A DNA stretch of 64,000 nt from Escherichia phage ECO340P1, in sequence record OP172791; one strand, 5' to 3'. The notes beneath the pieces are model-generated. The model saw only the letters and a program-made list of their open reading frames with translations, was not told where the DNA came from and did not search any database. Of the stretch, positions 33,981-42,514 are shown piece by piece (the first letter of the stretch is position 1; each line of letters opens with the position of its first letter). The position numbers were made by a program, and so were the translations under genes.

Positions 33981-34571
33981 ATGCATACCGAGAGAGACTT
34001 GCAACTCTTGTGGTGGGAAGTGATGCAGGAAATAAAAGAAGATTTTCCTGTTTACTACAACATGTTACGTGAAGCAGGATATAAAGCTTGTGTTAGAAAC
34101 AAAGTGAATAACTCTTTCGGTTGGTGCAACTACCGAGATAAAATTGTTGTTGTAAATTGGCACTTGCATAAGAACTCCACAAGAGATATGATCGTGGATA
34201 CAATGAAGCACGAAATTGCTCATGCTATTGATGGTTGTATGGGTAAGTTTAGTAGGCACGGTGCTCATTGGCAAAAACTGGCAGCAGAATTAGGGGCTAA
34301 TCCTAAAGCCACTTCCAAAGAGCCGTTGAACCACGAATATAAATATGTTCTTGTTCTGGTAGATAGGTTTGCGACAAGATGTGTTAGAGGTTATAATCGT
34401 AAACCTAATCGCATGTACCCAGGTAAGCAACCTAATATGTGGTTGAAATCAGATAAAGAAGGGACCGAAGGAAAATTATGGTTGTATAAATGGGACGATT
34501 GGGTTAAAGTAGCTAAAGAGTACGGTGTTTCACCATATATAAGAGATGCAGAAGAGGAGAATGAAGAATGA
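33981..34571 (+). CDS. SprT-like zinc metallopeptidase domain protein
   Basis: HExxH motif in context MKHEIAHAIDG. Confidence 0.6.
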   Translation: MHTERDLQLLWWEVMQEIKEDFPVYYNMLREAGYKACVRNKVNNSFGWCNYRDKIVVVNWHLHKNSTRDMIVDTMKHEIAHAIDGCMGKFSRHGAHWQKLAAELGANPKATSKEPLNHEYKYVLVLVDRFATRCVRGYNRKPNRMYPGKQPNMWLKSDKEGTEGKLWLYKWDDWVKVAKEYGVSPYIRDAEEENEE

Positions 34572-35680
34572 CAAGTCCATTTTTAAAAGCAGCTACTGGT
34601 GGTCAGAAGAAGCCTGAAATGAGCGTATTTGCTGCAACAACAGATGCAAGTAAATCTGTATTCGCTCCAAGCGTGTTAGATGCCAGTCCTGTTTATGCAC
34701 CAGCGGCACCGCAAGAAGTTCCAGTTTTGCCTTCTATGACCCGACAAGAGATTGAAGAGATTGGGGCAGAGGCAGGAACAACCTTGCGTTCCTTGAATGC
34801 CGAGGTGTTAAAACATCAACGTAGTAATCAAGGCGATCAGATGAGTGAACGACTCACAGCTTTGATTAAACAGGCAAAACAACTTGATCCAAACTCTATT
34901 AAACAAAGCAAGGGTATTACTAAACTCATTAAAAAAGTTATGGGTATGAAAGAAGACCTGTTCGGGGAGTTTGATAATGTTAATAACCGTATTGAAGAGT
35001 TGGTAAAGAACCTTCAAATGGATATTCGCAAAGAAGAAGATTCCTTGGTATATCTTGAAAAGCTGCATCAAGCTATTGGACAATATGCTGCAAGTTTGAA
35101 CCGAGATATGCAGCTTCTAACAGCAACCTATGAAAAAGAAGAACAAGCTTTGGCTGCTCTTCCAGAAGATGCAGTAGAACAGCGACAAGTGATCCGAGAT
35201 ACTTTGGATCTTCTGGAGATTCGTATTGCAGATTTAAAAGCATTGCGCCTACTGTGTGTCCAAATGGGACCGCGTGTACAAGGTATGCAAAAAGTTTCTG
35301 CAAGCTTAATGCGATCTGCGCGTAACATAGTAAATAATGTTATTCCTGCTTACTCTGCTAACTTCTCAATGTATATCGAGAGCTTACGTCAAATGAAAGC
35401 AGCAGAGACGCAGAATAACGTTCTTGATGAATTTAACCTGGCAATTAAACTGGGTAGCGATCTTGCCACACAGAATCAGATCGAAGCAGCAGCACTGGCT
35501 AACCGTCAAGTGTTGGATATTGAAACTCTGCGTCACGATCAGGAAAACTTGGTTAAGATGCTGGAAGAAACTAACCGCATCAATACGGAAGCCCGTGCTG
35601 CTCGTGTTGATTATATTAATGAAGTTCAATCTCTGGAAGACGGGATGGTAGCTGCTGTGAAACGAGGGCTTGGTAAATGA
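34568..35680 (+). CDS. coiled-coil protein, TelA/KlaA-like (tentative)
   Basis: Long helical Leu/Glu/Gln-rich protein; family assignment is from memory of TelA pattern and genomic context. Confidence 0.55.
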   Translation: MTSPFLKAATGGQKKPEMSVFAATTDASKSVFAPSVLDASPVYAPAAPQEVPVLPSMTRQEIEEIGAEAGTTLRSLNAEVLKHQRSNQGDQMSERLTALIKQAKQLDPNSIKQSKGITKLIKKVMGMKEDLFGEFDNVNNRIEELVKNLQMDIRKEEDSLVYLEKLHQAIGQYAASLNRDMQLLTATYEKEEQALAALPEDAVEQRQVIRDTLDLLEIRIADLKALRLLCVQMGPRVQGMQKVSASLMRSARNIVNNVIPAYSANFSMYIESLRQMKAAETQNNVLDEFNLAIKLGSDLATQNQIEAAALANRQVLDIETLRHDQENLVKMLEETNRINTEARAARVDYINEVQSLEDGMVAAVKRGLGK

Positions 35681-35874
35681 GAATCCGTATCTATATAATT
35701 GATGAAGACATTGGTGTCCGTTATGATGACGAAAAACGATTCGCACCGATGGGAGGCATATATCCCCCAAGTGTTCTAGCAGTTTGTCGTGATTGTTATA
35801 TTTATGAAGGTTGTCGTAACTTCCGTAAATTCGAACTCCTTGCAGATATTGACTTCAATGAGGAGGAGGAGTAA
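35677..35874 (+). CDS. hypothetical protein (65 aa)
   Basis: ORF with ATGA overlap. Confidence 0.5.
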   Translation: MRIRIYIIDEDIGVRYDDEKRFAPMGGIYPPSVLAVCRDCYIYEGCRNFRKFELLADIDFNEEEE

Positions 35875-36047
35875 TGAAAATATTACGAGTGAATATTGAA
35901 ACTGCTTGGTGTGGATGCAATGAGGTTGTTGATATTGAGATTGAAGAGGATATGTCTCAAGAAGATATCGAAGATCTTGCAAAAGAAACATTCCAGGATT
36001 ATTGTAACTACGGGTTCCATATTTTAGAGGAGGGAGAAGATGTTTAA
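35874..36047 (+). CDS. small acidic protein (57 aa)
   Basis: Unlisted ORF with SD GAGGAGGAGGAG. Confidence 0.4.
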   Translation: MKILRVNIETAWCGCNEVVDIEIEEDMSQEDIEDLAKETFQDYCNYGFHILEEGEDV

Positions 36048-36243
36048 CTACGAGAACGACCCTAACATTATCCAGTTAACTCGACAAGAACTGATCACAA
36101 TCATGGAAGATGCTTTTATCGATGGGTGGAAGACTCAAAACTATGATTGGAGTGGCCCAGAAGACTTTCTGCGTCTTCATAAAGAGTATGACGAGTCCAG
36201 TGAGACGACTATTGCCATTGACGATCTTAAGGCAGGTGTATAA
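36040..36243 (+). CDS. hypothetical protein (67 aa)
   Basis: ORF with SD AGAGGAGGGAG. Confidence 0.5.
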   Translation: MFNYENDPNIIQLTRQELITIMEDAFIDGWKTQNYDWSGPEDFLRLHKEYDESSETTIAIDDLKAGV

Positions 36244-36812
36244 TGGGTTGCTTTAGTTTTCTGTGTAAGGAGTCGGGCAAAGCTGCCCTCTCCACCTCTT
36301 TCGATGGATCTCCTTGTTATCTCTTTCTACTGAAAGATGGAAAGGTTATCGAAGAGATGCACGGCAATTATGATAGTTATGGGCGTGTCTTCTCCAGTAA
36401 GCAGGATGCTCACGGGAACAGAGAAAGCTTTAAATGGACTATACCTTGGAGCGACGTTTGTGATCTTATGTTCTCTGTAAACCGTGGAGACGGTATTGCT
36501 ATGGTTTTAGCAGAACACTTTACAGGAGAAGCCCCCACAGAACGATCCGAGGATGATCCTAATCAAGGTTGGGGAGACGGAGACGGAGAAGAAGAAGAGG
36601 ATTATTTCTACAGCACCGAAAATAATATTTTCAAACGTGTTGACAACCCTTATCATAAAGTGCATAATGTCCTCACTGAAACAGAAGACGACAAAATGGA
36701 AATTGAAGAAGATGATCCTCTTGTAACACTTCCTATAAGTGAGTTACAAAAGATCACTAAGGAAGCTTACGATTTGGGCTTCAAAATTGGTAGAGGAGGT
36801 ATGCGTGTTTAG
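36243..36812 (+). CDS. acidic hypothetical protein (189 aa)
   Basis: ORF; acidic stretch GDGDGEEEEDY. Confidence 0.55.
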   Translation: MGCFSFLCKESGKAALSTSFDGSPCYLFLLKDGKVIEEMHGNYDSYGRVFSSKQDAHGNRESFKWTIPWSDVCDLMFSVNRGDGIAMVLAEHFTGEAPTERSEDDPNQGWGDGDGEEEEDYFYSTENNIFKRVDNPYHKVHNVLTETEDDKMEIEEDDPLVTLPISELQKITKEAYDLGFKIGRGGMRV

Positions 36813-37083
36813 ATTCAATATTCAAGAAGAAAAAAGTCAAGATTTACCTATTGCTTTCGAAGATCTTGACGTAGGGGCAACATTCATGTATTATGATGCC
36901 TATGAAGACGCAGGGTTGGATACCTACCGTAACTTGGTGTTCATTAAAAATTCCACAAACAGTGCGATTTGTATTAATGGATCACTAGCACAACGAGGCT
37001 ATACTCATTGCATCCCACCAGATACAAATATGGTGGAAGTAGATTTAGAAGTTACCAATATTACACTTAAGAAGGAGAAATAA
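36805..37083 (+). CDS. small protein, paralog of 38105-38374 (GTG start)
   Basis: GTG five nt after SD GAGGAGG; shared motif DLDVG.TF.Y..A..E.GLD. Confidence 0.45.
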   Translation: MFRFNIQEEKSQDLPIAFEDLDVGATFMYYDAYEDAGLDTYRNLVFIKNSTNSAICINGSLAQRGYTHCIPPDTNMVEVDLEVTNITLKKEK

Positions 37084-37084
37084 T

Positions 37085-37879
37085 ATGTCCGAGAAAATCA
37101 GCCTGAAAAAACGTCAAGAAAACCTTGCTTTCTCTCTGAAAAAGAATAAGAACCTGAATGAAGGTAAGATTGTTCTTCGTGTAGCATGTGCTCTAGATAT
37201 TTCTGGTAGTATGCATGGTCTATATTCTAGTGGGGTAGTGAGTGATTTTGTAGGTAAACTGCTTCCTTTTGGTATGCTGTTCGACGATAATCAACAAATT
37301 GATATGTGGGCCTTCAATACGAGTTCCCAAGAGCTTACTCCAGCAACAGCAGACGTTTACGATGACTATGTTGGTAAATGTATGCGTAATGTTCGTATCG
37401 GAGGTGGAACAAATTACGCCCCTGTAATGGCAGATATCTACGATGAGTATTTTGGCACTGTTACCAAATATATTACCACTAAACAAGTGGTACAAGAGGA
37501 GGCTCCAAAGAAAGGCTTCTTTAATCGTCTGCTTGGTAAAACTGAAACAGTGTCTGTAGAGCGTGAAAAAGTTGTAGCTGTATCTGAACCAGGTGCTGAC
37601 GTTACCCCTGGTGTTGTATTCTTCCAGACGGATGGTGAGAATGGTGATCCTAGTGCTGTTCGTCGTCTTATTGAAGAGAATAAGAATAAACCTATTTATT
37701 GGTTCATGGTTGGCGTTGGTAATGAGAAGTTTGGGTTCCTGAAAGAACTGGCAAATGCTTATGATAATGTTGGTTTTATTGGCATTAAAGATTTAGACTT
37801 GACAGATTCAGAGCTTTATGACAAACTCTTATCTGAGGAGTTCGGAGAGTGGGTTGTTAAAGTAGGTGCTAAAAAATGA
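37085..37879 (+). CDS. von Willebrand factor type A (vWA) domain protein, TerY-like
   Basis: MIDAS motif LDISGSMHG, GGTNYAP, FFQTDGENGD; N-terminal KISLKK repeat like TerD N-terminus. Confidence 0.7.
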   Translation: MSEKISLKKRQENLAFSLKKNKNLNEGKIVLRVACALDISGSMHGLYSSGVVSDFVGKLLPFGMLFDDNQQIDMWAFNTSSQELTPATADVYDDYVGKCMRNVRIGGGTNYAPVMADIYDEYFGTVTKYITTKQVVQEEAPKKGFFNRLLGKTETVSVEREKVVAVSEPGADVTPGVVFFQTDGENGDPSAVRRLIEENKNKPIYWFMVGVGNEKFGFLKELANAYDNVGFIGIKDLDLTDSELYDKLLSEEFGEWVVKVGAKK

Positions 37880-38124
37880 TCGACGAGCTTGCCTCTCAAG
37901 TCATAGAAAATTATTGGCGCGAGAGAGAAGCTTTCATTATGCGCAGTCTCAAAGAGTATTTCATTGGGACTGTGCGAATGGAAGATATTGTAAGTAGAGT
38001 GGAGATTCATGTATGGCCCGATTATGAAGAATGGGTTGACAAAGAAAATGAAAATGCTATAATTCTTCGTATATACAAACCGGAGATAACATTAGGAGGA
38101 AGAAGTGTTAAACTTCGAAATTGA
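37876..38124 (+). CDS. hypothetical protein (82 aa)
   Basis: ORF with ATGA overlap. Confidence 0.45.
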   Translation: MIDELASQVIENYWREREAFIMRSLKEYFIGTVRMEDIVSRVEIHVWPDYEEWVDKENENAIILRIYKPEITLGGRSVKLRN

Positions 38125-38374
38125 TGAGCAAAAAGTAAATAAACGATGCCTTACCATTAAAGATTTGGATGTAGGAGATACTTTCGTCTATGAAAATGCA
38201 TTTGACGAAAATGGTTTAGACCTTAGTGAAATCATTGTTTATTTAAAAGTAGATGATGGGGAAAATGATTATTCTGCTGTAGAACTAAACCATCATGCAC
38301 AATTAGTATCAATCCAAAACACATCTAAGCTTTTGGAAGTAGAATTGACTGTAACTGGTATTACACTTAAATAA
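38105..38374 (+). CDS. small protein, paralog of 36805-37083 (GTG start)
   Basis: GTG after SD GGAGGAAG; paralogous sequence. Confidence 0.45.
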   Translation: MLNFEIDEQKVNKRCLTIKDLDVGDTFVYENAFDENGLDLSEIIVYLKVDDGENDYSAVELNHHAQLVSIQNTSKLLEVELTVTGITLK

Positions 38375-38389
38375 TAGAGGAGACAAAAG

Positions 38390-38992
38390 ATGACTGATAA
38401 AATTTCCCTGAAAAAAGGCTCTAGCGAAAAAATTTCCCTGAAGAAAGTTGCTCCGGCTCTGAAAGAACTGCGCCTGGAATTCTCTTGGAAATCTGATTCT
38501 AAACTGGATCTGGATGTAAGTGCACTGGTTTGTCGTCACAATGCCGCTGGTAATCCTGAAATGCTGTCTGCACGTCATCTGGTTTGCTATGCTAACAAGT
38601 TTGATCCTGAACGTTCTACCTTCGCTGGTGACGATGTTCGTGATGGAACTGGCAGCATGGAGCAGATTGATATTACTCTGGCTAAAATCTCTCCTGATGC
38701 ACAAGAGATTGCCTTTGTTCTGACCATTGATGATGATACAGGTCTGAAACGTTTTGGTCATGCTTCTGAAGGTATGCTTAAAATCTTCGACTCCGAGCGC
38801 AATGTGGAAATTCTGGATTTTGACTTCCTGGCTCCTGAAGTAGCTGGCAACACAATCTGCCACGTGGCTTCCTTGGTTCGTGAAGATGGGGAATGGAAGC
38901 TGAAAGCATATGGTGTAGGTAAAGCTGGTCTGGATATTTGTGATGTGGTGATGGCCTTCGGTGGTAAAAAAGAATGGTATGAATGTCCATAA
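38390..38992 (+). CDS. TerD-domain protein
   Basis: N-terminal KISLKKGSSEKISLKK, DLDVSALV, acidic-loop GDDVRDGTGSMEQIDI, C-terminal WKLKAYGVG match TerD family pattern. Confidence 0.8.
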   Translation: MTDKISLKKGSSEKISLKKVAPALKELRLEFSWKSDSKLDLDVSALVCRHNAAGNPEMLSARHLVCYANKFDPERSTFAGDDVRDGTGSMEQIDITLAKISPDAQEIAFVLTIDDDTGLKRFGHASEGMLKIFDSERNVEILDFDFLAPEVAGNTICHVASLVREDGEWKLKAYGVGKAGLDICDVVMAFGGKKEWYECP

Positions 38993-39010
38993 TAATTAAC
39001 AAATGATTTT

Positions 39011-39033
39011 GAGGGGGAGAAATCCCCCTCTTG
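39011..39033 (+). terminator. possible terminator hairpin after TerD gene
   Basis: GAGGGGGA-GAAA-TCCCCCTC stem with only a short T tail. Confidence 0.4.
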
Positions 39034-39059
39034 CAATAAAGCCTCTATCGTGTTATACT
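39031..39059 (+). promoter_or_regulatory. sigma70-type promoter for hydrolase gene 39092
   Basis: TTGCAA 39031-39036, N17, TATACT 39054-39059. Confidence 0.55.
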
Positions 39060-39091
39060 AGAAATTCGTTAACTTAAAAAGGAGGCAAAAT

Positions 39092-39613
39092 TTGCTGATA
39101 AAAAACTTTGTAACAGTTGCGTTACTATCCTTAACTGCTTTTACATTTACACCTGTTGTGGCGAAAGCCGAAGCTGCAAACGTAAAAACCGCTAAAGTAG
39201 TTCACAAATGTACAAAGCAATATAATGATAAAATTCTATTAGCTTGTGCAATTTACGCAGAAGGTCGCGGTCTGGGTAAAAAAGGAATGAATGCCGTTGG
39301 GAATGTGGTAATCAACAGAAGAAATGATACCTACTTCCCTAACACAGTCAGAGGAGTCTTGTTCCAGAAAGGACAATTCTCATATGCGAAAACTTTTAAC
39401 GTAACAGAGAAAGATAAGTGGCAGGAAGCAAAAGCAATAGCGGAACGTTTACTTTATTTAGAGAAACATTTTCCTGAATTGCGGTCTGTTTTAGATGTTA
39501 CTAAAGGTGCTCTATACTTCAAGAAACGGAATATAAGGACAAACTGGGAACGTGATATGCGTCTTGTTTATCGAGATAAAGTGCATGGTTTCTATCTACC
39601 AAAGGGGAGTTAA
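39092..39613 (+). CDS. secreted cell-wall hydrolase, SleB-like (candidate endolysin)
   Basis: TTG start after SD AAGGAGG; signal peptide; motifs LLACAIYAEGRG and NTVRGVLFQKGQFSY. Confidence 0.65.
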   Translation: MLIKNFVTVALLSLTAFTFTPVVAKAEAANVKTAKVVHKCTKQYNDKILLACAIYAEGRGLGKKGMNAVGNVVINRRNDTYFPNTVRGVLFQKGQFSYAKTFNVTEKDKWQEAKAIAERLLYLEKHFPELRSVLDVTKGALYFKKRNIRTNWERDMRLVYRDKVHGFYLPKGS

Positions 39614-39614
39614 A

Positions 39615-39899
39615 ATGCAAGAAGATAATACTGTTGTTGTAGCAAGTTACCTGGTTGTCGGTCTTACCGAAGAGGACGTATACTACACCCGTAAGCATTT
39701 GGAAGCATACGCTACTTTGTTTATGGAAGATGAAAAGGATGTAGATAAATATAGCATTGATATGATCAACGACAGTATTTATCCTTGTATGGTTCTTAAA
39801 GTAGATGCTGTGTTGTGGGAGCGTTTTGCAAGGACTCATGATGCTGTAGAATGCTCCGCAGTAATGTCTCAAAACAACATTTTAGGGGAGATTCATTGA
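39615..39899 (+). CDS. hypothetical protein (94 aa)
   Basis: ATG 39615 with SD AAGGGGAG. Confidence 0.5.
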   Translation: MQEDNTVVVASYLVVGLTEEDVYYTRKHLEAYATLFMEDEKDVDKYSIDMINDSIYPCMVLKVDAVLWERFARTHDAVECSAVMSQNNILGEIH

Positions 39900-40129
39900 T
39901 GGGAGAAGTCATTGAAGTCAATTTTCGCACTAAACAGAAAGTGCAAAAATATGTCGTTATTAAAAACATTTGCGTTGTCTGCTTCAATACAGTAATATAC
40001 GACTCACGACGCGGAGAAAACGAAAATGAACCTTACATTGAAATTTCTAAGAACAAAGGTCAATGTATTTGTAAGAACTGTGCAGTAGCTATTAAGGAGG
40101 TTGTAAATGAAAACGCTTGGGACCAATGA
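39899..40129 (+). CDS. small Zn-ribbon protein (76 aa)
   Basis: ATG 39899 (TGATG overlap); CVVCF and CKNC motifs. Confidence 0.45.
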   Translation: MGEVIEVNFRTKQKVQKYVVIKNICVVCFNTVIYDSRRGENENEPYIEISKNKGQCICKNCAVAIKEVVNENAWDQ

Positions 40130-40298
40130 AACTGGCGAAATCTCTCTTCAAGAAGTGACAAACGACAAGCTGATTAAACTACGGGATGTAGCTCGTGACC
40201 ATCTCCAAGAATCTTTTAAAGAATATATGGAAGCACGAGATCGTGTGATCCAGATTCAACAAGAAATGATTAAACGTGGGATTGTAGCTGACAGTTAA
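40107..40298 (+). CDS. hypothetical protein (63 aa)
   Basis: ORF with SD AAGGAGG. Confidence 0.5.
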   Translation: MKTLGTNETGEISLQEVTNDKLIKLRDVARDHLQESFKEYMEARDRVIQIQQEMIKRGIVADS

Positions 40299-40314
40299 TA
40301 TAACGGAGGGGAGA

Positions 40315-40878
40315 ATGATTTATTATATTACTCCCTATCTGACAGGAAATATCGGCAAGGCTATCAATGAAGCCATTGCCGTTCTTCCAGATGATAGTTG
40401 GGTGTGTTTAAGAGATACCGATACAATGTTCCTCCTACCTGATCAACCATCTATGCTTGAAGAGCTTGTTATGTCAAATCCGCCTTTTGATGTAATAGGT
40501 GCAACTTGTAACAGGTTAGGCAGTGGTTATCAGCTTTTCTCTAACCAAATTAACGATGATCCAGATATTCTAAACCATATAGAATATGCTAAGATTGCAA
40601 GAGAATATCATAAAGTGAGTGTTGAAGAAGTTCCTTTCGGAACACCTCTAGCAGGTTTCTTCTTGCTTTTTAGAAAATCATTGTGGAATGAAATTCCTTT
40701 CGAAGAAAAATCTATCCAATTCGACTTAATTTTCTCTCGCACTTTACATGAAAAAGGAAAGAGGTTAGGATTGATGCGGGGAATGTATCTGTTTCACATT
40801 TACAGATTAGGTCAAACAAATCCTCAACGGTCTATACATCATTTATTACACTGTCATGATCACAGTAAAACTATTTAG
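40315..40878 (+). CDS. hypothetical protein, possible glycosyltransferase-associated
   Basis: ORF with SD GGAGGGGAG; DTDTMF motif; in glycosyltransferase cluster. Confidence 0.55.
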   Translation: MIYYITPYLTGNIGKAINEAIAVLPDDSWVCLRDTDTMFLLPDQPSMLEELVMSNPPFDVIGATCNRLGSGYQLFSNQINDDPDILNHIEYAKIAREYHKVSVEEVPFGTPLAGFFLLFRKSLWNEIPFEEKSIQFDLIFSRTLHEKGKRLGLMRGMYLFHIYRLGQTNPQRSIHHLLHCHDHSKTI

Positions 40879-40886
40879 GAGAGAAA

Positions 40887-41570
40887 ATGGAAAATATTAA
40901 AATTGGAGTGGGTGTTATCACTGTAGGTGTCCGTCCACTTAAAGACTACCTTGTAACAGATCCACGTGCAGATTTTCGAGTATTCAACGATCCAGATCGT
41001 AAAGGTGTAGCTTATGCCAGGAATGAACTTATGCACCAGTTTTATGAAGAAGGTTATGATTATTGGTTTATTTTTGACGACGATTGCTACCCAGTCATGG
41101 AGGGATGGGAAACATACTTTGTAGGTCAAGCTGTCTCTGGAGGATGGGATTTCTTTGGTATGCCGGAGTATTTCAAAGATAAAGTTGTTGGAAGCAAAGG
41201 AGAAGTTATTCTCTGGGAACTTGCAATGTGTCAATTTGCAATGTATTCTCGTGCCGTTGTTGAGAAGATGGGTTATTTCCGTCCTTACACTCACGGCTAT
41301 GGTTTTGAAGATGCTGAATGGGGACACCGTTTGCAAGCTGCTGGTTTGAATCATGGTATTCAGGCAACACCTTGTCCACTTCGTATCATGGCTTATATCC
41401 ACCCAGACGATGTTTTTGGAAACAATCCTATGCCTTTTGCTAATCTGACAAAAGAAGAGAAAGAAGCTGCTATCGGGATTAACTGGGAAGAATATAAAGC
41501 ATCTTTAGAGGATATTAAAAATGGGAAAATCCGAATTTCCTATGAGGAGGCACTGGCACATGTCAAATAA
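40887..41570 (+). CDS. glycosyltransferase family 2-like protein
   Basis: DxD motif IFDDDC and GYGFEDAEWGHR motif. Confidence 0.6.
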   Translation: MENIKIGVGVITVGVRPLKDYLVTDPRADFRVFNDPDRKGVAYARNELMHQFYEEGYDYWFIFDDDCYPVMEGWETYFVGQAVSGGWDFFGMPEYFKDKVVGSKGEVILWELAMCQFAMYSRAVVEKMGYFRPYTHGYGFEDAEWGHRLQAAGLNHGIQATPCPLRIMAYIHPDDVFGNNPMPFANLTKEEKEAAIGINWEEYKASLEDIKNGKIRISYEEALAHVK

Positions 41571-42507
41571 AAAATGGTCTAAACTAAAAATTGATGCAAA
41601 ACCTCATAGCGGTTGTGACTATCATCGTATTGTTATGCCATTTAACAACAATAATTTTCAACCTAAGAAAGATATTGTTGTGTTTAACCGTATCCACTCT
41701 AAAGGTGCAGAATACGTTTTATCTTTGAAACGTCAAGGTGTTAAGGTTGTTGTAGATTTAGATGATTTTTACCAACTTAATCCAGAGCATTATTTAGCAA
41801 GTCTATACGAGTCAAACACTCATGCTATTGTAGCTATGGTTAAGCTTGCTGATGTGGTTATTGTGACTACAGAATATTTGGCATATAAGATCCGTCACTT
41901 AAATAGAAATGTCGTTGTGATCCGAAATGCACTTCCTTTTGATAGCGGACAATTCACTTTGTCAAATGATCGTTCATCCGGTACCCCTGTTGTATGGGCT
42001 GGCGGTGCTAGTCACGAACCAGATTTACGACTAGTCTCTAATACTTTCGATGATGAACTTCTTACTATTGCGGGATATGAAGCATCACAAAGCATCACGG
42101 GACAAGAGTGGATTAAGATTCGCAGAAATTTACCAAATGCCAAATATAAAGCTGCTGTAAAAGATTTAGATAATTACATGAGTGTTTACGAAAGTCATGC
42201 TATTGCTATAGCTCCTTTGGTAGACAATGATTTTAATAATTGTAAAAGTAATCTCAAAATCCTGGAAGCTGGAGCAAAAGGTATTCCGATTATTTGTTCT
42301 AAGGTATTACCTTATTTTAACCCTGTAGATGCTCGCGCTGTTGCTTACGCAGAGAATAAAGCAGAATGGCATTACGAAATTGTTAAGCTTCTTCGCAATC
42401 CAAACTATCGGGAAGATCGTGGCTTGTTCTTGGCTGAACATGTTCGAACACATTATAATCTGGCAGATGCAAACGAGTTGCGACGCCAGGTTATTGAAAG
42501 TTTGTAG
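41560..42507 (+). CDS. glycosyltransferase-like protein, tandem paralog A
   Basis: ATG 41560; C-terminal KSNLKILEAGAKGIPIICS resembles GT-B nucleotide-sugar motif. Confidence 0.55.
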   Translation: MSNKKWSKLKIDAKPHSGCDYHRIVMPFNNNNFQPKKDIVVFNRIHSKGAEYVLSLKRQGVKVVVDLDDFYQLNPEHYLASLYESNTHAIVAMVKLADVVIVTTEYLAYKIRHLNRNVVVIRNALPFDSGQFTLSNDRSSGTPVVWAGGASHEPDLRLVSNTFDDELLTIAGYEASQSITGQEWIKIRRNLPNAKYKAAVKDLDNYMSVYESHAIAIAPLVDNDFNNCKSNLKILEAGAKGIPIICSKVLPYFNPVDARAVAYAENKAEWHYEIVKLLRNPNYREDRGLFLAEHVRTHYNLADANELRRQVIESL

Positions 42508-42514
42508 GTGAAGT

